From: the human T2T-CHM13v2.0 reference genome, Homo sapiens | Length of the DNA stretch: 64,000 nt | Direction: 5' to 3' (one strand) | Assembly (NCBI RefSeq): GCF_009914755.1 | Contig: NC_060925.1 | In this document: positions 46,055 to 64,000 of the stretch, piece by piece | Layout of the letters: every line of letters starts with the position of its first letter | How positions within the stretch are numbered: the first letter of the stretch is position 1 | Made by a program: the position numbers and the translations under genes | Notes under the pieces: generated by a model | What the model was told of the DNA's origin: nothing | Seen by the model: the letters and a program-made list of their open reading frames with translations, nothing else | Databases searched by the model: none

Positions 46055-46769
46055 AAACAATTGCTTCTAGTAAACCCCTTCAAGTTTAAAGAGGGAAAAA
46101 GAAACCAAAATCAGATAAATGAATAAAATGAATTATAGTACAGCCACAAGAATTCTTATGCAAATATTAAGATAGTGTTGTCAAAGGATACTTACTGGCA
46201 TAAAATGTTACTAAAATATAATATTAAATTAAAATGATGAGGTAGTAAAATTTCAGTTTTGCTAAACATATATTACAATGATTAAGAAAGATTGAAAATG
46301 ATATTATTATAGGTGATTCTTGTTTTTTCCTTTGTACCTTTTTGTAGTTGCCAAATTCAGTAAAATTAGCATCTAAAGAATTTTAACCAAATAATGTATA
46401 TTAACTTCTGCTTCAGAAAGCCTTTCTTAACCTCGATATTAAAAATTAATCAACTTCTGAAAACTTTTTATCCCCAAACAACTTCCTTTGCATCAATTGT
46501 TCCTTACTTGTGATCTATACACATTAATCACTTCAAAATGTAAACTCTTAACTTTCCAAATAATATTTTTTCGAATTATAACTATATTTAACTTTATAGC
46601 TAAGATCTCATATCTTCAAGAATTAGATAAGAGTATGGAAGAAAAATGTTAAGATTTCACAGTGAAAAAAACTTCCACGAAAGAATCCACAAACTTTATA
46701 AGTATTAGTTGACATGTTAAAATATTTATGACTTCATTTTATGTTGTTAGCCTCTGAGTCCAACCAGGA

Positions 46770-47282
46770 AGTTGAATGGTTTACCATTGCATTTTCAATA
46801 AAATGGAAATCCTTACAACAACCTGAGCTCTGGTTTCCTCATCAAGCTGATTTCACACTTCTCTCCTGCTTCCTACTAATGCTGCAGTTTCCCTGGACTA
46901 TCTTCTGTTCCTAGAGCAGAATGAAATTCTTTTGCTTCTTGAGGTCTTAGCATTTGCTGCTCTGTGTAACTAGAGCCCTTTACCCAGGTTTTTTCATGTG
47001 GCTGGAGCTATGTCTCGATTCAAACATCACCCCTTGGGTAAACTGAATGTTTTTGTATTATCCTATTTCTTTATTTTTAGCTCTTGTCACAATCGAGTTA
47101 CCTTGCCTAAATTTGTTGCTTGTTTACTTATTTAACTACTTTTTCTCCCCAATAGAAAGTGAGCTCCAGGAGAAAAAGGAACTTGTCCTTCTTGTTCACC
47201 TCTATTTACAGCATGCCAAGAATATTGACTCAGAGAGAGTAAGGTAAAGACTCAATACATATGTTTTGAATATATAAATAAA
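46770..47282 (+). mobile_element. L2 3' fragment
   Basis: Ends …GACTCAATACATATGTTTTGAAT…; contains GTGAGCTCCAGGAG…CTTGTTCAC. Confidence 0.7.
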
Positions 47283-50023
47283 GGGAAATTGCTTTCCAAT
47301 CCATCCTCCACCCACAACATCCAGATTATAAAGAACTTGAATAAAAAGTTGCTATGTTTAGATGCAGGTGAAATACAAATAATTTATGAAATTTATCTTA
47401 AGTATTTTTAGTTTCAAAAGAAGACAGTGTGGATTAAAGTTCCTGTAAGATAAATACAGGAGACATTAAATCTAACCATTACAACGTATTTCCAAATACT
47501 TTTATTGGGAAGGAAGTCACAGGACTCAATAGGACTCCTAATATTTATTCTGAAACTTTTTTGCAATTAATTCTATATGTTTTTATTCTACAGTCACATG
47601 TACATAGTATAGCAAAATCTTTTTCTTTATATACGGCAAACATATTCGTGTTTAGAAATACTTCTGTGTCCCCACCCCATGAGTTTATTTGTCTTACAGT
47701 ATCTACCTGGGCATGATATACACCTATACTGATCACTTATTTGTGTCTTCTGTTTGGATATATCCTTTATCTATTTGTTCAGCTAATGGGGGTTTTTCCA
47801 ATGTAAGGGAAGCATTCGGGATTTTCCAATCTTTAATGTTCAAATATTTTCCTTTAAATTTCTTATAGTCATTTAACTGCAGTGTGGGATAGCCTCATGA
47901 CCCCTTTTTATAAATGACATATTAGAAAACACCTGGCAAGAAATGTTCTCAGGGTCACTAAGATCCTTTTGTGTGCTTGGTGATTCAGAAGTAACATTTT
48001 AGACCCAAACACCAGTGAAGGAGAAACGATTCAACCTAGCATCATTTTAAAACTAACTATAAAATTTCTTGCAACTATAAGTGTCATGGCAAAATTCTGT
48101 CTTCCTTTTTATATAAAATATATTTATTATTAGTTTCCTATGACATGACAGGCTTTGTGTCACCATGCTTTGTAATATGATGACTTACTATTTGTTGAAA
48201 TACAATATATGCTTAACTTTTAAACAGATGTCACCTTCCATGTTAACTCTTTTAAGAGTTTTCAAAAAAATAAATAAAGCTTTACAGGGAAGATAATAGA
48301 GTTGGAAATTCCCATCGAATTTGGAGTTCAACAAGAAATTCTTAATGTAGTAGATGGTTCTATTGCCCTGACTTGCCCTATAAAAATATTTTGTGCCAAA
48401 TTTTTTTCTGTTTCTTAGAGTAAATTGATTTAATGAAGATTTAATGAAGTTCCAAAGTTTCAACCATAAAATATCTGTGGACCCACAAAAGCAAATTTAG
48501 CATTCTTACAAACAAATCCACCTAGATACATGTTTAGCCCTTAATCTGAAAACTAGCTTAACATTCGTTTGTTAAATTGCATCAAATTTCTCCAAAATCC
48601 TAGTTGCCTCAGGAATCAAATGAGGGTAAGAAAGCATCTAGGACTTATATAAGGTGAGATTTGTTAAAGAGTCAGACAAAGGGTTTATTAAAGGTGAAGA
48701 CACTGACTGTTCCTTAGTGAACACAGTAAGCTTCTCTTAAGTTTCTATGCTTGGTCTAAACCCTTTGGAAATTGTCTAATGAGCCCAAGACTCTTGCCCA
48801 TCCTAAGTTTAGGCAACATTCAGTGACTAAGAGCATAAAATGATGCAAGGCTCAACAGAAATATCATAAGGATAATATAAAACAGTAGCTAGAAAAACAA
48901 TAAGTTCAAAATCATTAAAAAGGATTAAGTTTAGAATGTGAACAATTTCCTGGAGTTTATAGAGAATTACTTCTCCAAAGTTCTTAGAACATAAATACAT
49001 ATCATGACTTTCCAGGAGAGGGCTGCAGTATGCTGATATTTTTTCAAATAATTTTGTCCTGGGACATTTGATGGCTCTAGTGCTTCAATGAACACCCTTT
49101 GATATGCTCTGCTGTACAGTCAGTTTTTGCGTATTCAGCTATTGATTAGTCAACTTATAATATATGCTGTTTCTTTGATCATCATTTATTCTATTCTTCT
49201 TATCATGCCAAGAAGTCATTTCAACTAAACTGTAGTTAGATAAAGAAGGAAATAAAATGATAGAATGTAAATCAGTTTATTTCACTAATTATTTGTAGGT
49301 TTACCTTGTGGTTTCTTTGGTTTTGTTTTGTTTTCACTTGGTGAATCGTACATTTATTTCATTGGCTAATAACTGCCTCCCTTCCCAGCACCATTTCCAG
49401 CAATTTTTTTGGCTCTTTTTTTTTTCCAGGGAATCGCCTTTCTCTATCTCCTGCAGCATGAGAGTCATGCTGTTCCTGCAGTAAGATCCTGCCTCCTGGC
49501 CATAGGTGAAACCTGACTCAAGTTAGCTCAAAAAGAATATGATATTAGACTGTAAAAAAGAGAGAACAGTTACTTACTGAATTACTAAACCTCAACCTTG
49601 GGTGCTGTTGGGAGCCATGTTTTCTGTCGCATGGGCCTGAAAACAAGAAAAGTAAGGGGTAGTGGGGGGAGACAGAGAAAAAGAGGAAAGGGGAGAAGAA
49701 GGGAGGGGAGGATGAGAGGGAATAGTGAAGTAGTTTCACAGAGATAAGCAAAGATTAAAGCTGGGGAGAGACTCTTGACTGACTTAAATTTCCATCTCAG
49801 TTGCTCTTGAGGAAGCTGTATTCTGTCCTTGTGTTCAGTGAGACAATTTACTACTTACGCTATAGTCCCCTTTTTAATTCACTAGTCACTCAGTTTCAGT
49901 TACTATAACCAAAATAATTATACTTATTTCATCTAGACACAAATAATTTAATTGTTGGGTTAAATCATAGGCATTGTATCTAATTTATGATGTTCTGATA
50001 GCCATAGAAAATTCATATTTATT

Positions 50024-50354
<331 letters not shown>

Positions 50355-50489
50355 TAACCTGACATTTAATATATAAGTCCAGGTCCTTTAAATAGATTCA
50401 GTTTACAGAAAATCCTAAGTAAGCCATTGTTTTAAGGAAACTAATATTTTAAATCAATTAACACAAATATTAATTGACTATATACTTCT

Positions 50490-51300
50490 GAAAGATGTGT
50501 AACAGAGAAAGGGAAGGAGATATTCCAAGACAGTTAGTAGCATAATGAAAGGCAGGGAAATATAAAAGTGAATAGTATGCTCAGGAAATGATGGATGGGC
50601 TTTTTTAATGAGATATAAAAACCTTGAGTGATATGATGGTGGAAAGATTGGTTGGAAACAGATTGTAAAAGGCCATGAGCAATGGAAAGTTTTAGTAAAG
50701 GTTTTGAACCAGAAGAATGACACAAATTGATGTGGTTTTAGAGGTAATGTTGGGTTTACTGTGAAGAATACCTGAATGGGAAGATACTGGGCAAAACTCA
50801 TTGTTGATTATTTGATAAACTATGAGTGGCCAAACTAGGGCTACAACAATAGAATTAACAAGAAGGCTTGTACTTCAGAGGTACTTTAGAGATACAATCA
50901 GCATAATGTAATAATTGATGTTAGAAGTTTGATGTTGGGAGTGAAATAAAAGTTGAAGTGTGAGGCCCTTAAACAGAGAAGTAGATGCATGACAATACTA
51001 ATATGAGACAGGAAGGAAGAGAAGCTGGTTTTGAGCATGTCAGATTGACATGTTTTGAGACCACCCAGGTTTACATATACAAAAGGCAGTTAGGAATATG
51101 ATAATGAATATTTTACCTGTAATAATCATGGCTAGAAAGAGAGACATAGAAATTATTACCTTTGTCTGAGAAACAGTGAAACTAGAAAGAAAAGCAGGAG
51201 AGATTGGCTTTGGCAAAGGCAAGGAAAAACAAAATTGCAATGATGGTGCCAGATATACAGCACCAAGGTCAAGCAAATGAAAATGTAAAAGGCCCAGTGG
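50490..51300 (-). mobile_element. L2 fragments
   Basis: Degenerate antisense L2. Confidence 0.55.
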
Positions 51301-52138
51301 ATCAGGCAATGAGGGCTTGTCGGTATGTTTTGCAAGAGTATACTCAGTGGCAGAGTGGAGGGGACACACTAGATCTCCTATGCTATATTTTGAGGAGCGT
51401 TTCCTCTTTCATATGATGTAGGAATCTTAGATTGTGGAGCCTATCTCTTGGATTCAGATATGTTTGTGTTCATCTGTAAGACTGGGACAGGAAGCCTCAA
51501 AGGAGTCATTTTCTATAAGTGACTGAGGAACCATTCAGAACAGAACTCATTCTGAGAGAAGAGTGTGAGTTAGTCCCAAGTTAAAGGGTCAGTGTCATAA
51601 TGGAAGGGTAATTTTCAGGAAAGCTGGGGATGTGCTCCTCGGCTTGCCCCTTTATTTTACTGTTGTCCCCAGAGATTTGTGTCAGAGCCCCAAAAGAGGG
51701 GATAGTAAAAAAAGAGAGGGCGGGGGAGAGAGATTTAAGAACTTGAGACGACAAGGCAACCCTCCTTTCTATCCTATGCAACAGAGTATGGCAGTGCTGT
51801 GGGTTAAGGGAAATTTCTGCATTGTGTTTGCTTTTGGAGCAGGTTGAGTTGTGGAACAGACACAACACCTGGAAAAGAGAAGAAACAGGACAGAATGTCA
51901 CACTCAGGGATAACACAACCGTAACCAAGGAGGTGAAGGGGAGAAAGCCTTGTGGTACCAGAGAGCCAATTGTGAAGCATAAATATGATAAACTCAGATG
52001 CCTTCAAGAACAAGTTGGGAGAATCTGGAATCCCAACATTTATGGCTGAGGGCCAAAGACAGAGAAATGCTATTTCATTATTATTTTTATGGCCTTTTTT
52101 CTATCTTTATTTTTTTCTGGAGAAATGCTCCACTGCTA

Positions 52139-52464
<326 letters not shown>

Positions 52465-53503
52465 AAAATCTGGATATATAATTATCTTCATAGACTCAAC
52501 TTAAATAGAAAAGTGGATAATGTCACTTCCCTTTTAGCCAAATCAGGAGAGACTCATAATAAACAGTTAATGTATTTCCTAGAAATTTTACAGAAATTAT
52601 AGCTTGGGTAAAAAAAAAAATGGCTTTTTAAATCTATGTATTTTATTTCAGTGTTGCACTACAGAAAGTTTTATCTTTGCATTTAGCAGGTTCTTCTGTG
52701 TCTTTGGTGTTAGGTTGCACCATCATTGGGTGTCTCTATGAATAGTATTCTGTAAACAAATATTCAGTTGACATATTAATAACTTCTTTCGTGTCAGTAA
52801 CTGTTTAATGAGCTTTACACATATTGTGTGATTAATTCCTTCAGCAACTCTGTAAAGAAAGCATTATTTCCATGTCAAGACTGAGAATTAAATGCGAAAC
52901 CTTACTTAAAGCCACACTCTTAATAGTAGAGCAAGAATTTAACCTAAGTTTGTCTAACCCTTCACTGCTTTGCTGTACTGCAGTCACACAAGCCATTAAA
53001 AGTGTCTGAGGTACATAAAAATTTCAATGTTGCTACATTTTACTCTTTTTACTCTTCTGAGATAAGATTCTCTATCATTCTGATTTATTGGAAGCATCAA
53101 ATTCTCCTTATCATTCAAGGAAACTACGTGGGCAACACTTCCACCCTTAAACCATGACTGCATCCCTTTCACTCTGTCCAGAGTTTTATAGTCTGAAATT
53201 TACCTCATCACACCTGCTTTTAATAATTATTCATCAGAGCTTTTCCTGAAAAAAAAAATACTCTGAATATGGATATCATTATGAGTTTTGTCATTTCCTC
53301 TCATGTTATTTTCAACAAGTTAGAGATGGCCTTATAATAATCAGTAATTGCAAGGCTTTGGATAAACCTCATGGCTATCATGCCAACACCATATAAATAA
53401 TATGTTAAAATAATATAATGTATTTTTACTTTTGTGAAGAAAGCATTTCACTCTTCACAGCATTCTATCATATCCTGTTTTATGTGGATCTAGCAAAAGG
53501 TAA

Positions 53504-53802
<299 letters not shown>

Positions 53803-55172
53803 AAAGGTTTCATATTAGCAAATTGTTAAACTTTAATAGTAAATGCTATCCTTATTTACATGACTCAGTTGAGGAAATGTTTAATGATGTTATACTCTGA
53901 ATGTTAAGACTCTGGGGCTGGGTTAAATCAGGGAAGGAGATGAATTCCAGAGTGAAGCAAGGAAGCAGAAAAATAATAACATAAGAAAGATTATTATCAC
54001 ATTAGAAAATAATCTCTTTGTTGCTTTCCAAGGAGGAAGGAAAAGAATGGGGAATAAAAAAGAGGAATTTATAAACAGCTGCAAATAGTAATAAAAAAGC
54101 AAGGCACATAAGTAGTATCCCAGAAGCCACATTACTTCAACTTTGCAGAAAGTAGGAAATAAGGAGATAGGGAAAAGGGGAAGAAATCATGGTTTAGCAT
54201 CCCAATTTTATTGTTAAATATAATTTTATCTTGGCCACTTCCTTTTTTAAAATGCTGTTGGATTACACAACATTAATTACAGGATTTCCTGAGTATTCAG
54301 AATGTGGTAAAACCTACTGTATTCTTAGCATTTTTTAGATGTGGCAAATATTTATTGGTTTTTTGGCTGCCTTATATCTTGTTCTACTTCTGACATGAGA
54401 TTTGCTTTTAGTGAATTAACCTTTTCCCCTTGGATATAATCCAGCTGGACAGAAATCACATGATCTGTCCTAACTAAAGGTTCAGCAACTTTTGAAAACT
54501 GAACAAGTACTCACAGAGACTTCACTGTCTGGGCTATGTTCTTGGTGATAGAGTTTTAGCCTTAATTATAGTTAGGTATTTCACACAAATTGTGCCAATT
54601 AGATGTTATTACCTTGTAATTTGATCTCAAACAAAGTGACAAAGAGAATGTATTTATTTCATTGGTGATGTCTTAATGCTCTAACCAAGAAAGTTTTGTA
54701 GTTCTTATATTTTTGCCTTCAAAGATTTGTTTTGTTTCCTGTGTTTGTGCCAGCCTTTCTATAGATTCTGTATCTCCTATTGACCTTCCAATACATTCCC
54801 TATTGCTTAGTTAAAAACCTTGCTGATTAGCTATACAACCTTTACCCGCTTTCCTTATTACAACCCCGAAGTCTTCATTTCTCATTGTCTCCTCAGAGAT
54901 GGTTTCTGTACCTAGCAACAAAGAACTCTAGCAGACATAGTAGACCTTCCAAATGTAGCTAAAGGGAAGCCAACTACTTATTTATTCAGCAAAAATATAC
55001 GGAGTACTTACTGTATGCTGGACACTATTGCCAGACATTTGGGTGGTGAACAAGCAAATCTTGGCTTCAATTCTCAAAGAGCTTGTAGTCTTCCTGACAT
55101 CATGGTGGCTAAGTGGTAATGTTAACATCCTGGGAAGAATTTGAAGCCAAGAACACAAAAAAAGAATGCATG

Positions 55173-55770
<598 letters not shown>

Positions 55771-56479
55771 TCACATGAGTAATTAACAGAGTTTTGTTTT
55801 GTTTTTTAAATAGAGGAACCATATGTATAGGTGCTAATAAATATAGTTATGTATTTATATAGCTAATTATTTACCAAATCTGATCCAACTTTCTGTTGCT
55901 GATATCATTGCCTTAATTCAGGCTTTCCTTATTAAATATCTTGTTTATTAGCTTCCTCGAGTGCAGTGATACCATCAACCTTCACCCACTCTTCTCCTCA
56001 CTACTCTTAGCCCAACATCCACAATACACTGCTTCCAGGATTGCCTTTCTACTCTGCAAGCTGTCTGTATCAGTCCCTGCTCAACATTTTTCAGTAGCTC
56101 TTCAATGCTTTTCTAATACATCTGGCATACAAAGGACTTTAATACCATGACATTTACCTGCTTATTTCAATTTCATACCTTGGCACTTTTCCCAGCACGC
56201 TTGCATTACATCACTTTGAAAGTAATTCAGGTAACTTGATCTAATCTTGTTTTCTCTGGCCTCCTTACTCTTTCAACTCTCTACTTCTGGATTAAAATTT
56301 GAGATTCAGTTGATTTTACTAATATTATATTGTGGTATCCATACCGTAGACTTGATAGGTTAAAGAAAATCTAAATTCTACATCCAAGAGGTAGAAATCC
56401 AAAGCAATATTTGTAGATGTTGACTTTGCTTTAATGCAGATGAAATGCTCAATTCTAAAATTAACCATTGTGAAGGCAC

Positions 56480-58545
<2,066 letters not shown>

Positions 58546-58629
58546 CTTCAATCTCTAGGCTCTATTCATTGCTTAGGTGATTTTTTTGAATGTGAAACTT
58601 TTAATTTCTGAATATCTCTTAAAATTTGT

Positions 58630-60095
<1,466 letters not shown>

Positions 60096-61339
60096 AATAT
60101 CTGGAGTGATTTATTAAAAAATTGGGGTTATGTGATAATAAATGGGGGAAAAGCTTTTATGGAGTCCCAAAACTTCTGTGCTTTCCTTAGATGGGTAGTA
60201 TGATGGCAGAAAATAGCTCTCCATGTTTGGCCAAATTTGTTATCCTCAGCCATTGTTTAAAGCCTTATGAAGGCATACTTTACATGTAATAAGCTGAACA
60301 GATTTAAAGTGTATAATTTGATAAATTTTGAAATATGGATGAACCTATTAAACCATCATAACCATGAAAATGTCACCATATATTGGGAGCTGATCATAAT
60401 CTCAAAAAACATAATCTTGAAAGCCATAATCCTGAATGTTGGCATCCCAAAAGATCAAAGTCCTGAGTATGTAATTCTGGAAAAAAATAATTTGAAGGAT
60501 ATTTATTGACATTTTTATAACGGGATTTGAGAAACATACAAAAACATGACAGAACACTTTGATAGGCCACTTTACACAATAAAATAGACAATAATAACAT
60601 ACCTATTTTTGCAAGCTTAAACGCACTCATGTATTCTAATGATAGTCACATGGGTATAACAGTTATGATCATACCAACCATATTCATAAATTGATCAAAA
60701 AGTAAAATGTGTAAATGTATATCACTATAGTTGGTAATTTATACCTGTAGTCCTTTGAAATACCATTGATAAACAATCTTAATCCTTTGACATGAAAAAC
60801 ATGATGGGTCACCACTGCATCACTACTGCCCCACTCACCAAAAGAGCCAAGATCTCAAAAAATTTTAGTTTTCACACATGCAGGTATACAAAAAGGACAT
60901 CTCTTCATTTACTGAGGAAGTTTCAATGTTTTTACATATATACACAATGCTTAAATATGAATTAAATGTTGTAATAATGTACTTTTATGGAAGCACATTT
61001 GCAAAAAATGCATGAAATGAATTAGAACGAACTCCTTAAAAGTTTTTGCACAATTTATACCTGAAGCATTGAAAATGATGCAGAGATGAACTATATAGCA
61101 TAGCAAATTGTAAAAAATAAGGCTGACAATTTAAAATAGTGAATAAACAAAAAAAAAGAGAAAAACTAAGAAGAATATCTGATACATAAAAAGTATATTA
61201 CAAGGACAAATTATGGGCAATTGCACATATTATAAGACCTGGCCAACATTCATGATCATTAACTATACTTTGAAGGCTTGCATCATGAAGAATAGTGGCT
61301 TTTTTCTTTTAGGACATGGCTTGCCTCAGAGAATACATT

Positions 61340-63618
61340 TATTATGGTTTGGCTGTGTCCCTACCCAAATCTTATCTTGAAATGTAGCTCTCATAATTCC
61401 AACAGGAGGGACCCAGTGGGAGGTAATTGAATCATGGGGGTGAGTCTTTCCTGTGCTGTTCTTGTGATAATGAATAGGTCTCACAAGATCTGATGGTTTT
61501 ATAAAGGTGAGTTACCCTGCACATGCTTTCTTCACCTGCCGTCATGTAAGACATGACTTTGCTCCTCCTTTGTCTTTCACCATGATTGTGAGACCTTCCC
61601 AGCCATGTGGAACTGTGAGTCAATTAAATATCTTTCCATTATAAATTACCCAGTTTCAGGTATGTCTTTATTAGCAGTGTGAGAACAGACTAACACAGTA
61701 AATTGGAACCAGTAGAATGGGGTGCTGCTGTAAAGATACCCAAAAATGTGAAAGTGACTTTGGAACTGGGTAACAGGAAGAAGTTGGAACAGTTTGGAGG
61801 GCTCAGGAGAAGACAGGAAAATGTAGGAAAGTTTGGAACTTCCTAGAGACTTGTTGAATGGCTTTGACCAAAATACTGATAGTGATATGGACAATAAAAT
61901 ACAGGCTGAGGTGATCTCGGATGGAGAGGAGAAACTTGTCAGAAACTGAAGTAAAGGACACTCTCGCTATGCAAAGAGACTGGTGGTATTTTGCTCATGC
62001 CCTAGACATCTGTGGAACGTTGAACTTGAGAGAGATGAGTTGGGGTATCTGGTTGAAGAAATTTCTAAGCAGCAAAGCATTAAAGAAGTGACAGAGCATA
62101 AAAGTTTGGAAAATTTTCATCCTTACAATGCAGTAGAAAAGAAAAACCCATTTTCTGTGGAGAAATTCAAGCTGGCTGCAGAAATCTGCATAAGTAATGA
62201 GGAGCCAAATGCTAGTCACCAAAACAATGGGGAAAATGTCTCCAAGGCATGTTAGAGAACTTCATGGCAGCCCCTCCCATTTTTCCCTCCTCTCTTCCAG
62301 CCTAGGAGGGAAAAATGGTTTTGTGGGCCAGGCCCATGGCCCCCCTGATCTATGCAGCCTCCCACCATGGTGCCCTGCATCTCAGCTGTTTCAGCTGTTT
62401 CAGCTGTAGCCATGGCTATAAGGGGCCAATGTACAGCTCACACCTTTGCTTCAGAGGGTGCAAGCCCCAAGCCTTGGCAACTTACACGTGGTGTTAGGCC
62501 TGTGGTGCACAGAAGTCAAGAATTGAGGTTTAGGAGCCTCTGCCTAGATTTCAGAGGATGTATGGAAATGCCTGAATGTCCAGGCAGAAGTTTGCTGCAG
62601 GGGTGGGGCCCTCATGGAGAACCTCTGCTAGGGCAGCGTAGAAGGGAAATATGGGGTTAAAGCCCCCACACAGAGTCCCCACTGGGGCACTGCCTAGTGG
62701 AGCTGTGAGAAGAGGGCCACCATCCTCCAGACCCCAGAATGGTAGATCCACCAAGAGTTTGCACTGTGTGCCTGGAAAAGCCACAGACACTCAACGTCAC
62801 TCCATGAAAGCAGCCAGGAGGGGAGCTGTACCCTTCAAAGCCAAAGGGGCAGAGCTGCCCAAGGCTATAGGAGCCCACCTCTGGCATCAGTGTGACCTGG
62901 ATGTGAGACATGGAGTCAAAGAAGATCATTTTGAAACTTTAAAGTTTAATGACTGCCCTATTGGATTTTGGACTTGCATGGGGCCTGTAGGCCCTTTGTT
63001 TTGGCCAATTTTTTCAATTTGGAGTGGGTATATTTACCTAATGCCTGTAGCCCCATTGTATCTGGGAAGTAACTAACTTACTTTTGATTTTACAGGCTTA
63101 TAGGCAGAAGAAACTTGCCTTGTCTCAGATAAGGCTTTGGACTGTGGATTTTTGAGTTAATGCTGAAATGAGTTAAGACTTTTGGGGGCTGTTGGGAAGA
63201 CATGATTGGTCTTGAAATGGTAGGACATGAGATTGTGGAGGGGCCAGAAGCTGAATGATATGGTTTTGCTTTGTCCCCACCCAAATCTCATCTTGAATTG
63301 CAACTCCCATAATTCCCACGTGTCATGGGAGGGGTCCGGTGGAATGTAATTGAATTATGGGGGTGGTCTCTCCCATGCTGTTCTTGTGATAGTGAAAAAA
63401 ATCTCACAAGATCTGATGGTTTTATGAAGGGGAATTCCCCTCCACATGCTTTCTTGCCTGCTGCCATGTAAGACATGACCTTGCTCCTCCTTGCCTTTCA
63501 CCATGATTGTGAGGCCTCCCCAGCCACATGGAACTGGGAGTCCATTAAATCTCTTTCCTTTATAAACTACCCAGTCTTGGATATGTCTTTATTAGCAGCA
63601 TGAGAATAGACTAATACA
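61340..63618 (+). mobile_element. Full-length THE1 (THE1C/B-like): LTR 61340-61697, internal, LTR 63256-63618
   Basis: Two LTRs plus MaLR internal region; perfect 5-bp TSD ACATT (61335-61339 / 63619-63623). Confidence 0.97.
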
Positions 63619-63859
63619 ACATTCATATTCGTTTTATATGTGACACTTCTCTTTTTGAATTTCTTCAATGATTCAGTGTACACTGACATCAGCATTCCTT
63701 ATTAAAATGTCCTGTCTTCTTTGACATGCCTCTATGTTGTTTTGGGTATGTGGAAATCCATTTTGCATGCACTGTGATACACACCACAAATTTTGCAGAA
63801 ACAATACTGGTAATCAAACAGCAATACTGTTGTGTCAAGTGTCTTCTTAACATTGCACA

Positions 63860-63937
63860 TAGGTTCATGGAAAAGTAACGGCGGTTTTTGCCATTACTTT
63901 CAATGGCAAAAACCACAATTACTTTTGCACCACCTAA
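63860..63937. mobile_element. MADE1 (Hsmar1-derived MITE)
   Basis: Palindromic AAAAGTAA.GGCGGTTTTTGCCATTACTTTCAATGGCAAAAACCACAATTACTTTTGCACCACCTAA inserted at TA. Confidence 0.92.
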
Positions 63938-64000
63938 TAATTATTTTTGAGCTAGTCAGTAGCTTTATTGGCTTCTTTGGGGAAATTTGAATTTAATTCA

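Larger units (their letters stand above)
60385..64000 (-). mobile_element. Ricksha (MULE/MuDR) DNA transposon with transposase C-terminal remnant, interrupted by THE1 and MADE1; runs off the window
   Basis: Terminus GGGAGCTGATCATAATCTCAAAAAACATAATC…GCCATAATCCTGAATGTT; minus-strand peptides NLWCVSQCMQNGFPHTQNNIEA…IIEEIQKE (63.62-63.8 kb) and GKPCPKRKK…LQSIVND…AIAHNLSL* (61.2-61.34 kb). Confidence 0.85.

Noticed and set aside
51320-52030. GC-richer segment, possibly an old LTR (also 49300-49920 and 54350-54800)
   Set aside because: Could not assign family or termini with confidence.

Overview
Primate (human-like) genomic DNA, AT-rich and dominated by interspersed repeats; no intact protein-coding gene is supported. 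Repeats: the 3' end of an ERV1 provirus (env TM remnant plus LTR), two full-length THE1 (MaLR) elements, solo THE1/MST/MER21/ERV1 LTRs, two full-length but decayed L1PA elements, two older L1s fused at an opposite-strand junction, about eight Alus, L2/MIR/L3 relics, MER20, MER103, a Ricksha (MULE) transposon and MADE1. Two processed pseudogenes sit tail-to-tail near 56.5-60.1 kb: a 19q13.43-type C2H2 ZNF retrocopy lacking its KRAB exon, and a PACRGL retrocopy lacking the start-codon segment. The most notable signal is in the non-repetitive gaps from about 13.5 to 48.4 kb on the + strand: about 18 exon-like segments bounded by splice signals join into a mostly frame-consistent but stop-riddled reading frame with RGS-like motifs. 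It has one strong and one possible minor-spliceosome (U12) intron, and one exon is split by an LTR. I interpret this as a candidate unitary (dead, intron-containing) pseudogene; this is inferred by eye and needs comparative confirmation. Several local tandem and inverted duplications are also visible. Subfamily names come from recalled consensus sequences, not from a database search.
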